Below, piece after piece: positions 1 through 6,700 of a stretch of DNA of 11,564 nt. This DNA is from a virus. Taxonomy: Duplodnaviria > Heunggongvirae > Uroviricota > Caudoviricetes. The translations under genes and the position numbers were made by a program. Position 1 is the stretch's first letter. Each line of letters starts with the position of its first letter. Below the pieces are notes generated by a model. It did no database searches and had not been told where the DNA came from. It saw only the letters and a program-made list of their open reading frames with translations. The stretch lies in the IMG/VR virus record IMGVR_UViG_3300011952_000007. The stretch is one strand, 5' to 3'.

Positions 1-248
1 ACGATATGCGCCGTACAGCCAGTACATTGTTGCATGAGGCTGGTTATCCTTCAGACTGGATTGAAAAGGCTCTGGCACATGAGCAGAAAGGTGTGCGCGC
101 CGTATATAACAAAGCGGAATACGCCAGACAGCGCGCCTACATGTTGCAGCAGTGGGCCGATATGATTGATTCCTGGATTGACGGGGAGCATACGGATCTG
201 ATTCCGTTCTCCCCGTCGAAGTTTGAGAAGTGGATGGCGGGGGAATAA
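1..248 (+). CDS. int: Tyrosine integrase, P4 family, C-terminal part (5' end lies left of the window)
   Basis: ORF 6-248 is in frame with codon 3-5 (D), giving ...DMRRTASTLLHEAGYPSDWIEKALAHEQKGVRAVYNKAEY..., which matches the conserved HDxRRT...LxH...GV...Y catalytic C-terminus of P4-type integrases as I recall it. Stop at 246-248. Confidence 0.85.
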   Translation, partial: DMRRTASTLLHEAGYPSDWIEKALAHEQKGVRAVYNKAEYARQRAYMLQQWADMIDSWIDGEHTDLIPFSPSKFEKWMAGE

Positions 249-450
249 CGTTTAATTATTCTGCTGATTTTCTTCCATCTCGGCTTCTGCTGCCAGTGAT
301 TCAATTTTATCTGTGAANNNNNNNNNNTTGCTGACAGTGTTGCAAATTCAGCATCAGTGACAGCGGGAATTGGAACAAACCTGATCCCGCTGTGTGCAAG
401 CATGTTTGCAGTTTCAAGGCATTTCCTTAAATCTGCTGGTGATGCCCTGT

Positions 451-1098
451 TCATGCTGCACGCTCCCGCCCCTGGTTGTCTGTTGGTGACAGCGGAGCAT
501 TGCTGAATGCATTTGTTAATCCGGCAATATACAACGCGTATCCAGGGTGTAGTTGCACTGCTGGGTCTTCGCACTGATTACCCCAAACATCGAAGCCATG
601 AGACGTTTGGCGGGCGAACAGTTCAATGCGAGAAACATCGCCTAACAATTGCACAAGTTTTTCACGAACGACATCTGGTTTTCTTGAATGCTCAAGCCGC
701 GGTGCGGTAAATGACTGAACGATACCTGCATTAATGCGCGGAGGTAGTTTTCCCTTTACCGCAAACAGGCAATCTTCACTGTTGGCGCGAGTCATGTGTC
801 CCATCCCCATAACCAGTTTATCTGGTTGTCGACTACCACATTTTATCCACGTGAAGCCCTTCATGGTCATCAGACGAAATCCCCAGGCTTCAACAACTTT
901 TAGTGCTTCGAGTGGTTGTGTTGGCACCCACCACATGGCCAACAGACAGTTTTCATCGGCCAAATCCCACACAGGAAGGCGGCAGATATCCAGCACACTC
1001 ATAACCGGATATTTAAAACCGGCACCGCGATTACCATCTGCGGCTTTGTCCCGGTATACCCAGGGTGGATCTGCATAGATTAGCGTGTATTTTTTCAT
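451..1098 (-). CDS. MT-A70 family N6-adenine DNA methyltransferase
   Basis: The DPPW motif is visible in MKKYTLIYADPPWVY. Start ATG 1098-1096 is preceded by GGGAGCAG as a Shine-Dalgarno. The start overlaps the stop of the upstream DndB-like gene (ATGA, 1095-1098). The longer track ORF (to 1224) is an out-of-frame extension inside the upstream gene. Confidence 0.8.
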   Translation of the reverse strand: MKKYTLIYADPPWVYRDKAADGNRGAGFKYPVMSVLDICRLPVWDLADENCLLAMWWVPTQPLEALKVVEAWGFRLMTMKGFTWIKCGSRQPDKLVMGMGHMTRANSEDCLFAVKGKLPPRINAGIVQSFTAPRLEHSRKPDVVREKLVQLLGDVSRIELFARQTSHGFDVWGNQCEDPAVQLHPGYALYIAGLTNAFSNAPLSPTDNQGRERAA

Positions 1099-2169
1099 TG
1101 TTCTGCTCCCAGACTTCCTTTGGTAAAGGCTTGTATCAGCCTGTTTGCTGCCGCTTTCTGTGCTGCTACATTGGCAATAACTGATAGTTTTTCCTGGCTT
1201 GCTTTCGTGCAGATCCCAACCCAATTATCCATTAGGAAAAAATTCTCTCTTTCTGCGAAGTCAGTATTTGCACATAATGTTTCAATCATTGAAATTATTT
1301 CTTTTATTGAGTGATTAACCATCATTTGCTGAACAGCATAGCCAAAAGCGTTAATCATCACTGCATGAAACTGGATATATTCTCTTTTGTATTCTGATTG
1401 CTTTGTACCATGGCGAATTGCTTCTAGTTGTGTNNNNNNNNNNACATAACCATGATTCCCATACTGACTCGATGTTACCAATTTCTAGTTTTTTCCCATT
1501 ATGAATACAAAATTTTGATGTTGAATCACTTAATGCTTTGAAACTCACCCACATGTTTGACTTTGACGGAACAACGTTGTGCTCGAAGTCAGTGACTTCT
1601 GCAAAAGTGTCATGTTGCGACAGGAAAGACACCATTTCTTGGGCAACATCGTTTCGTCCGTCATACGCCATATTAATTGCTGCAGATGGTTTTGAAACAT
1701 TATTATTAATGTCAGAAAAGAACTGCTGACGCGCCTTCAAAGGAAGGTTATGCGTAAGCATAAGAGGAATCATAATTGTTTCGCCATAATTACGGCAGAA
1801 CTCAGCTAATCCTGCAGCACGATGCTGTCCATCAAATAATTTTATTTCTGCATCCATAGGAAATCTAGCTAAACCGACATTAGTATTTCCAATCTCATGG
1901 AACTCTATTTCTGAGTTACAATTTCCGACCAATGGTGGAACAATAAATGGTTCCTTTTTCTCGTAAGCGTTGACTAAATATTGATAAAACTTTTTTACCC
2001 TGGTTGGATTAATTTCACGTTGAGAACGTTCAAGGGTACTTCCCGTATTGTCGGTTGCCAATACTCTCGATAGTGCTCTTGCTGGTACTGTCATCATAAG
2101 TATTACAGTGCTTCCCTGCGTTCCTCGTGATGCGGGAAATTCAAAGAAATAATCGCCTACCTTGCTCAT
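1095..2169 (-). CDS. DndB-like DGQHR-domain protein (interrupted by N run 1434-1443)
   Basis: DGQHR motif in KLFDGQHRAAGLAEF; N-terminus FEFPASRGTQGSTVILMMTVPARAL resembles DndB/DpdB family proteins. Start chosen at ATG 2169-2167 (MSKVG...) because AAGGT sits 8 nt upstream; ATG 2205 is an alternative. The open frame resumes after the N run (TQLEAIRHGTKQ... to stop at 1095), so I treat 1095-1481 and 1351-2205 as one gene of about 357 aa. Confidence 0.7.
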
Positions 2170-2197
2170 GATATTACCTTTTACATTATTGTTTTGA

Positions 2198-2497
2198 TTA
2201 TTCATAAACCACCCCGCACCATCCTATGCCGCTATAGTCGCCACGGCGAAGGCCGTTACCTTTTGTGATACATTGGTCCCTGCGAACCGCGATCCTTGCA
2301 CGTTCAACATCACCAGAAGCAACATCCATACACTGAAGCCAAAGGTGAGCGGCAATGCGGAATTGCCCTTTTTTCTCTCTTTCAATCGCGCGTTTTTCGA
2401 TCTCTATCGCCGCAGGAGTAACGGCGACAATCTTTGACGGACTGCGCATTGAAACCTTATTCATGTGATATTTTTCAAGTCGGCTTAACTTTCTCAC
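2198..2497 (-). CDS. Hypothetical protein (99 aa), first gene of the accessory cassette
   Basis: Open frame with GTG start at 2497-2495 and GAGAGGG 5-6 nt upstream. Its stop (TAA 2200-2198) lies just inside the 5' end of the DndB-like ORF. No recognisable motif. Confidence 0.4.
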   Translation of the reverse strand: MRKLSRLEKYHMNKVSMRSPSKIVAVTPAAIEIEKRAIEREKKGQFRIAAHLWLQCMDVASGDVERARIAVRRDQCITKGNGLRRGDYSGIGWCGVVYE

Positions 2498-2606
2498 TTA
2501 ATCCAACCCTCTCTGAAAATTAATGCCAGCAGATAAAGCCATGCTGAAACAGAGGCCAGGAATAAGTACCATCCTGACCATTTGCTCCAGTGCCTTAGCA
2601 GCACAC

Positions 2607-2855
2607 TCATGCAGCGTTGCTCACAGGACGATATACACGTTGCTGAACAGGAGGCTTTTTACCCTGGAACTCTGCCGGGCTTGCTGCCTGACGTTCATCA
2701 AGCCAACGCTCAACTTCGTCACGGTTCCATGCGCAGCGTTTGTCAGTGATATACCAGCGTTTAGGAAATTCACCTGCGCGCTCCATACGGTCGATAGTGC
2801 TCCATGACAGTGGCACCACCGCCAGGAGTTCCTTCTTACCTAATGCACCTTTCAT
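2607..2855 (-). CDS. alpA: AlpA-family HTH regulator, putative excisionase or transcriptional activator
   Basis: MKGALGKKELLAVVPLSWSTIDRMERAGEFPKRWYITDKRCAWNRDEVERWLDER fits the Phage_AlpA pattern (HTH followed by conserved W...W). GAGAGG Shine-Dalgarno upstream of ATG 2855-2853. Confidence 0.8.
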   Translation of the reverse strand: MKGALGKKELLAVVPLSWSTIDRMERAGEFPKRWYITDKRCAWNRDEVERWLDERQAASPAEFQGKKPPVQQRVYRPVSNAA

Positions 2856-2877
2856 AAATACCTCTCTTGGTTGCAGT

Positions 2878-2896
2878 GCGGCGCGCGTGGCGCCGC
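2878..2896 (-). other. GC-rich hairpin in the recT-alpA intergenic region
   Basis: On the minus strand GCGGCGC-cacgc-GCGCCGC forms a perfect 7-bp GC stem with a 5-nt loop. No U tract follows. Confidence 0.4.
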
Positions 2897-2904
2897 GGTG
2901 GTGG

Positions 2905-3822
2905 TTACATAGATGTTTCGTTTAATTCTTCCCGACGAACGCTGTAAACGTCGGTGGCTTTTGCCAGCAGTTCGTCATCATCTGAAAGTTTTTGTGCAAT
3001 GTATTTGTAAGCCTTATCCAGTTCGGAGACAGTGCTGTAATTCATCGCTGCGCTGGTAAAGGCCATCAGCATTTCTTCTGGATCACGGCTATCCGCTTTA
3101 CGCGTTTGCTCATCAGGCTTTTTCACTGTTTTAGCGTTGATCAGACTGTTCATGCTGGATGCTGTGCCGTGCTTTGCCTGACTTCTTGGAGTTACGTCAC
3201 GTTCAATAATGTCAGGTGAGTCGATATATTTACCTTCCATTTCCTCAGCTGTGGCTTGTTGACCAATCTCCGGCCATGCTTTACGTAATGCCTGTGCCTC
3301 TGCGCATTTTGCCAACTGCGCATAAGGGCGCTTTTTCCACATGGCATTTGGTGCCGATGTGTCACGCCCCCCAGTTGCATAGTTCTCAATCCAGTATTCT
3401 TTGGCGCTAAACTCTACGATTTCCCCGCTTGCCATTCGCTTGCTGACGGTGTACTTACACCACTGAGGGAAGGTAACCTCCACGCCTGAAAGCGTTTGTG
3501 TTACATCTGGACCGAACTCAGGTTCATTAGCGCCTGCGTAATCGCCGGAACGGTAGGCCTGAATGCGATAAAGTCCAATGCCAGGCATGACCACGTCGCG
3601 CCATTCATTCTTTCCACTCTTCGAGTCTTTAACACTCATTGGTACCAGGTGTACCGGCTTAAGAAGAGGATCGAGTTGACGCGCCCGGCAGTAATCGACT
3701 GCCATCATTACCGATTCATCTTTTGCCCCAGGGTAAATACTGTTTTTCAGAGCGCTCCATGTAACTTCATCGATTCCCCGAATAGCCAACACATCATTGG
3801 TGATTGCAATTTCGTTGCTCAT
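2905..3822 (-). CDS. recT: RecT/Bet-family single-strand annealing protein
   Basis: The region MWKKRPYAQLAKCAEAQALRKAWPEIG aligns by eye to lambda Bet HPKRMLRHKAMIQCARLAFGFAG. Start ATG 3822-3820 has an AGGA Shine-Dalgarno and overlaps the recE stop (ATGA at 3819-3822). Confidence 0.85.
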   Translation of the reverse strand: MSNEIAITNDVLAIRGIDEVTWSALKNSIYPGAKDESVMMAVDYCRARQLDPLLKPVHLVPMSVKDSKSGKNEWRDVVMPGIGLYRIQAYRSGDYAGANEPEFGPDVTQTLSGVEVTFPQWCKYTVSKRMASGEIVEFSAKEYWIENYATGGRDTSAPNAMWKKRPYAQLAKCAEAQALRKAWPEIGQQATAEEMEGKYIDSPDIIERDVTPRSQAKHGTASSMNSLINAKTVKKPDEQTRKADSRDPEEMLMAFTSAAMNYSTVSELDKAYKYIAQKLSDDDELLAKATDVYSVRREELNETSM

Positions 3823-4640
3823 ACGTACATATCCTGTTTGCGTGCCCACTCAGGGCGTTTAATAATTTCCACGCCGCCCCATTCATCGCTGATGCGGCAT
3901 TCGTGATAGGTATTCAGATCCCGGCGGAACAGAGCGTGCCCGGCATCGACATCCGGCGCATCCAGCCCGAACACGCGTACCGGATACCGACCACAATCAA
4001 TGCTTTCGCTCACGGCAAGAAAGAAAAAACCATGCGGCTGACCAGTAATCCTCATTGCGCCTTCGCGGTACATTGCGTCCTGCACGTGGTAGCGGAATTC
4101 CTCGATGTGACGTGCAAAACGGTCCATATCTGCAACCTTTTTCACGTCGACGATCACGTTGTGCTCGTTCAGCCATTTGTCTGGACGAATTCGGCACAAC
4201 TCACCCGTCTCTTCATCGTTCCAGTACATTGATGCTTCGCAGTAACCAGGTGCTTCCAGCATCCAGCGTGCCGCCGGGTGAGCCATTGCGCTATCACGCA
4301 TCAGCTCCAGTTTCCGCCACTGCTCGGCATCAAGTACCGTAATCCCCATATCCGCTACATCACGAAGAAATGCTTCTTCGTCAGCTTTACCTTGTTTCGT
4401 CCGACGATCGAACTTCGGTGAAACAATGAAGCGTTTGTCGAATTCTCCAGGCTCCAGAAGCAGACAGTGCAATGCGGTTCCCATATCCAGTGCAGACTTT
4501 TTCTCTTCGTCTTCTGGTGCTGCCTGAACCCATTTAAGAAGCGCCGGATTCTTGGCAACCATGTCCAGTTGCGACTTACTCACGCCGTCACCGGCGTGGT
4601 AGTCTTCGTTGCTGATGTCGAAATAAATTCCCGGTTTCAT
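3819..4640 (-). CDS. recE: RecE-like PD-(D/E)XK exonuclease (exonuclease VIII C-terminal nuclease domain only)
   Basis: [23 protein letters not shown]...[12 protein letters not shown]...CRIRPDKW...IVDVKKV...RYHVQDAMY matches the RecE C-terminal domain as I recall it ([23 protein letters not shown]...RPDK...DVK...YHVQDAFY). GAGGGAAG Shine-Dalgarno before ATG 4640. Confidence 0.85.
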   Translation of the reverse strand: [273 protein letters not shown]

Positions 4641-5061
4641 GCCGCTTCCCTCTGCCCATCAAGCTGATCCGCCAGATCCCAGCGCGCTATAATTGCCATT
4701 GCCTCGCGCCGGTAGGAATACATCAGTTCTTCGCACTCAGGGCTNNNNNNNNNNNNNNNNNNNNNNNNNNNNNNNNNNNNNNNNNNNNNNNNNNNNNNNN
4801 NNNNNNNNNNNNNNNNNNNNNNNNNNNNNNNNNNNNGTAGGAATCCATCAGTTCTTCGAACTCAGGGCTGTCTTTAGCAGCCTCCAGCACTTCCTGACGA
4901 ACGCCTTTGCCTGTTACAACGTCGAAAGTTGAGGACAGTTGATGAAGTCGGATGCTCTCAATCAGTTCAACTTGTCGGTCATATAGCTGTTCTGACAGGC
5001 GGTAGTCCTTGTCGAATGCCAGCATGATTTTTTGAAGATTTTTCTGCTGATTAACGTTCAT
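4637..5061 (-). CDS. Hypothetical protein immediately upstream of recE (interrupted by 92-nt N run; may be one gene or two tandem paralogs)
   Basis: N-terminal part MNVNQQKNLQKIMLAFDKDYRLSEQ...SPEFEELMDSY starts at ATG 5061-5059 behind GGGAGGG. A separate frame after the gap reads ...SPECEELMYSYRREAMAIIARWDLADQLDGQREAA and ends with TGA 4639-4637 overlapping the recE ATG. The two visible parts are in different frames if the gap is literally 92 nt. Confidence 0.45.
4712..4869. repeat. 33-bp near-identical direct repeat flanking the N run (4712-4744 and 4837-4869)
   Basis: gtaggaatacatcagttcttcgcactcagggct versus gtaggaatccatcagttcttcgaactcagggct: 31/33 identical, offset 125 bp, both within coding sequence (SPECEELMYSY / SPEFEELMDSY). 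Confidence 0.8.
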
Positions 5062-5063
5062 TA

Positions 5064-5216
5064 TCAGCCCTCCCATATCTCGTTATCGTTGGCCACATCG
5101 CGAGCTTCTTTGCTGACGAAAGCCCACTTAATGCCTTCCTGTAAGGTGCGGAACTTCCAGCTCATGAATCCGCATGCAGTAACGCAGTACCAACCGTTGA
5201 TGATTTTCCACTGCAT
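5064..5216 (-). CDS. Small hypothetical protein (50 aa), first gene of the leftward operon
   Basis: ATG 5216-5214 is preceded by GAGGT 8 nt upstream. Translation MQWKIINGWYCVTACGFMSWKFRTLQEGIKWAFVSKEARDVANDNEIWEG. Its stop TGA (5066-5064) lies 2 nt before the next ATG. Below the 60-aa cutoff of the supplied track. Confidence 0.4.
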   Translation of the reverse strand: MQWKIINGWYCVTACGFMSWKFRTLQEGIKWAFVSKEARDVANDNEIWEG

Positions 5217-5235
5217 AACTTGTTACCTCGGTCTG

Positions 5236-5251
5236 TTACCGTTGAGGTAAT
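5236..5251. promoter_or_regulatory. Operator OL-1 (TTACC-gttga-GGTAAT)
   Basis: Inverted repeat overlapping the -10 and start region of the leftward promoter. Confidence 0.65.
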
Positions 5252-5278
5252 AATTATGCGTATTTGGTTTGATGTCAA
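5250..5278 (-). promoter_or_regulatory. Leftward early promoter (pL-like)
   Basis: Minus strand has a perfect -35 TTGACA (5278-5273), a 17-nt spacer and -10 AATTAT (5255-5250), directing transcription toward the 50-aa ORF, recE and recT. Confidence 0.6.
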
Positions 5279-5296
5279 TAGATATGAGTTAAAAAA

Positions 5297-5313
5297 ATTA
5301 CCCATAAGGTAAT
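5297..5313. promoter_or_regulatory. Operator OL-2 (ATTACC-cataa-GGTAAT)
   Basis: Perfect 6-bp arms, centred about 62 bp from OL-1 and about 19 bp upstream of the -35. Confidence 0.65.
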
Positions 5314-5325
5314 CTTGTTGGCAAT

Positions 5326-5349
5326 AAAAAAGCCGCCATGAGGCGGCTT
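5326..5349 (-). terminator. Intrinsic terminator after the repressor gene
   Basis: Minus strand AAGCCGCC-tcat-GGCGGCTT (8-bp stem) followed by TTTTTT (plus-strand A run 5326-5331); 20 nt downstream of the repressor stop. Confidence 0.65.
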
Positions 5350-5369
5350 ACTTACTGAAAACTATAGTT

Positions 5370-5954
5370 TTATTGTTTGCTTCTTTCGTTCTGGCTGATG
5401 ACAAATTCAATGTAACTTTCGATCTTTGCCTTCTCTGTTTCGGGTAACAATGCGTAGCGCGAGCGGTCATAGTTGATAGTCGCAGGGTCGTGCGGGTGAA
5501 TCAGTAATTCATAGCCGTGACGCCCGAATGCGGATGCAACATTCTCCAGGGTGGAAATGGAAACGCTGACTTCATTGTTTAACAGGCGGCTGATTGTCAC
5601 CTGGGCGACGCCGGATGCGCGGTGTAGTTTTCCCTGCGTTGAAAGGTCGCGGCTTTCGCTCATCCAGCGTTCCAGGTTGTGAGCCGCCAGCTGACCAATG
5701 TCGCTTGGGCCGACAGGCTGAAACCCCTCCTGAGAAAGCGAGCGATCGATATCAAGCCAGTTACGGGGTTTATTGGCGGCAGCTTCAATTTTTCGCGCAA
5801 CCTGGTCGCCGATAACCTTCTTGCCAAGAGCCCAGCGGTTTACCAGATTTGCCTGAGTTCCAAGTTTTTCTGCCATCCGCGTCTGAACACCATTGAATTC
5901 ACGGTCGATCAAGTCGTTGAGATTTTGCCTGCGGACGTCCTGGATACTTTTCAT
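5370..5954 (-). CDS. Prophage repressor with two HTH domains, CI-like in position but lacking an S24 peptidase domain
   Basis: Two XRE-type HTH-like segments (QTRMAEKLGTQANLVNRWALGKK and LHRASGVAQVTISRLLNNEVSVSISTLENVA). No S24 signature could be seen. Sits divergent from the Cro-like gene with operators between. Weak Shine-Dalgarno before the start. Confidence 0.7.
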   Translation of the reverse strand: MKSIQDVRRQNLNDLIDREFNGVQTRMAEKLGTQANLVNRWALGKKVIGDQVARKIEAAANKPRNWLDIDRSLSQEGFQPVGPSDIGQLAAHNLERWMSESRDLSTQGKLHRASGVAQVTISRLLNNEVSVSISTLENVASAFGRHGYELLIHPHDPATINYDRSRYALLPETEKAKIESYIEFVISQNERSKQ

Positions 5955-6008
5955 TTTCTGGAAAATCGCCTCATATATGAATCAGTAGATGATTCAATTT
6001 AAAGCAAT

Positions 6009-6025
6009 ATTACCCAACAGGTAAA
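6009..6025. promoter_or_regulatory. Operator OR-a (ATTACC-caaca-GGTAAa)
   Basis: Inverted repeat in the divergent control region. Confidence 0.6.
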
Positions 6026-6026
6026 T

Positions 6027-6042
6027 GCACCTCATAGGTAAC
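6027..6042. promoter_or_regulatory. Operator OR-b, degenerate (gcACC-tcata-GGTAAC)
   Basis: Right arm is consensus, left arm 3/5. Confidence 0.4.
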
Positions 6043-6047
6043 TATCC

Positions 6048-6076
6048 TTGATTTTTGTTACCTTATGGGTGAATAT
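6048..6076 (+). promoter_or_regulatory. Rightward early promoter (pR-like)
   Basis: -35 TTGATT (6048-6053), 17-nt spacer, -10 GAATAT (6071-6076), 33 nt upstream of the Cro-like ATG. Confidence 0.55.
6057..6072. promoter_or_regulatory. Operator OR-c (TTACC-ttatg-GGTga)
   Basis: Overlaps the spacer and -10 of the pR-like promoter. Confidence 0.5.
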
Positions 6077-6108
6077 TTATTATCTGAAATAAATATCAGG
6101 CAATAGCT

Positions 6109-6339
6109 ATGAGCGATAACGGACATTTCGATTTCAAAAAGCACTGGCTTGCACTTACTCCGGATGAGCGTGAAGCCTTCGCACAGGAAGCCGGAACGAC
6201 GAGTCACTATATCCAGACTCACTTAACAGGTAAGCGCAAAATGCCAGGTAAAGTATTGATGAATGGGCTTTTTAAAGCCTGCAAAACAAGACAATGGCTG
6301 CGCTCAAAAGCAGAACTGGCATACTTCTTCTACTCATGA
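6109..6339 (+). CDS. Cro-like HTH DNA-binding regulator (76 aa)
   Basis: Divergent from the repressor and first gene after the pR-like promoter. HTH-like segment EREAFAQEAGTTSHYIQTHLTGKRKMPGKVL. Family assignment is from position and motif only. Confidence 0.55.
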   Translation: MSDNGHFDFKKHWLALTPDEREAFAQEAGTTSHYIQTHLTGKRKMPGKVLMNGLFKACKTRQWLRSKAELAYFFYS

Positions 6340-6360
6340 TATCCAGCTACAACCCTCTGT

Positions 6361-6384
6361 AGACCGCCACCCGGCGGTCTTTTC
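6361..6384 (+). terminator. Intrinsic terminator after the Cro-like gene (tR1-like position)
   Basis: AGACCGCC-accc-GGCGGTCT perfect 8-bp stem followed by TTTT. Confidence 0.6.
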
Positions 6385-6394
6385 ATATCTATTC

Positions 6395-6410
6395 GTACCT
6401 CAAAGGTAAT
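6395..6410. promoter_or_regulatory. Operator-like site (gTACC-tcaaa-GGTAAT) just downstream of the terminator
   Basis: Same half-site and spacing as the other operators; 16 bp upstream of a candidate -35 TTGATC (6427-6432). Confidence 0.4.
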
Positions 6411-6487
6411 AAAAAACCAAATCTGGTTGATCAAATTTTCCAATTGTGCAAAATAGCCAATATCAATAACAAAAAGAGGCGGAAAAA

Positions 6488-6700
6488 TTGAAGATAGTAA
6501 CCAGAATGGAGGCCGCAAAAGCCGGGTTAAATCGCTATTTCACAGGAAAGCGGTGCCGTCACGGCCATCTCTCTGAAAGGTATGTTCTGAACGGAACATG
6601 TGTTGAATGTGCAATGAATAGCGCCAACCGCCATCGTAATGAATTTGCTTGTGCACTAAAGAGTGCAAGAGGGGAAACCTATGGCAAGCAGCTGGATTAA
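6488..6700 (+). CDS. Small zinc-finger-like protein (C-x-H-x-H ... C-x-x-C)
   Basis: KRCRHGHLSERYVLNGTCVECA contains Cys/His ligands. TTG start at 6488 has AAGAGG 8 nt upstream; ATG 6506 is an alternative. The 3' end overlaps the replication gene by 20 nt. Confidence 0.4.
   Translation: MKIVTRMEAAKAGLNRYFTGKRCRHGHLSERYVLNGTCVECAMNSANRHRNEFACALKSARGETYGKQLD

Noticed and set aside
2523-2925. Plus-strand ORFs 2523-2807 and 2740-2925
   Set aside because: Antisense to the well-supported alpA gene and the recT 3' end; no start context; likely spurious.
2992-4342. Plus-strand ORFs 2992-3219, 3216-3410, 3496-3906, 3804-4232 and 4055-4342, and minus-strand ORFs 3192-3389 and 3997-4197
   Set aside because: All lie within or antisense to recT and recE, whose minus-strand frames show clear family-level similarity; these are out-of-frame or antisense artefacts.
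5223-5250. Hairpin TTACCTC ... GAGGTAA that could sequester the Shine-Dalgarno of the 50-aa ORF
   Set aside because: The predicted transcription start (about 5243) falls inside the structure, so the 5' arm is probably not in the mRNA; the palindrome is better explained as operator OL-1 plus flanking sequence.
5594-6002. Plus-strand ORFs 5594-5815 and 5679-6002
   Set aside because: Antisense to the repressor gene, with no ribosome-binding site; likely spurious.
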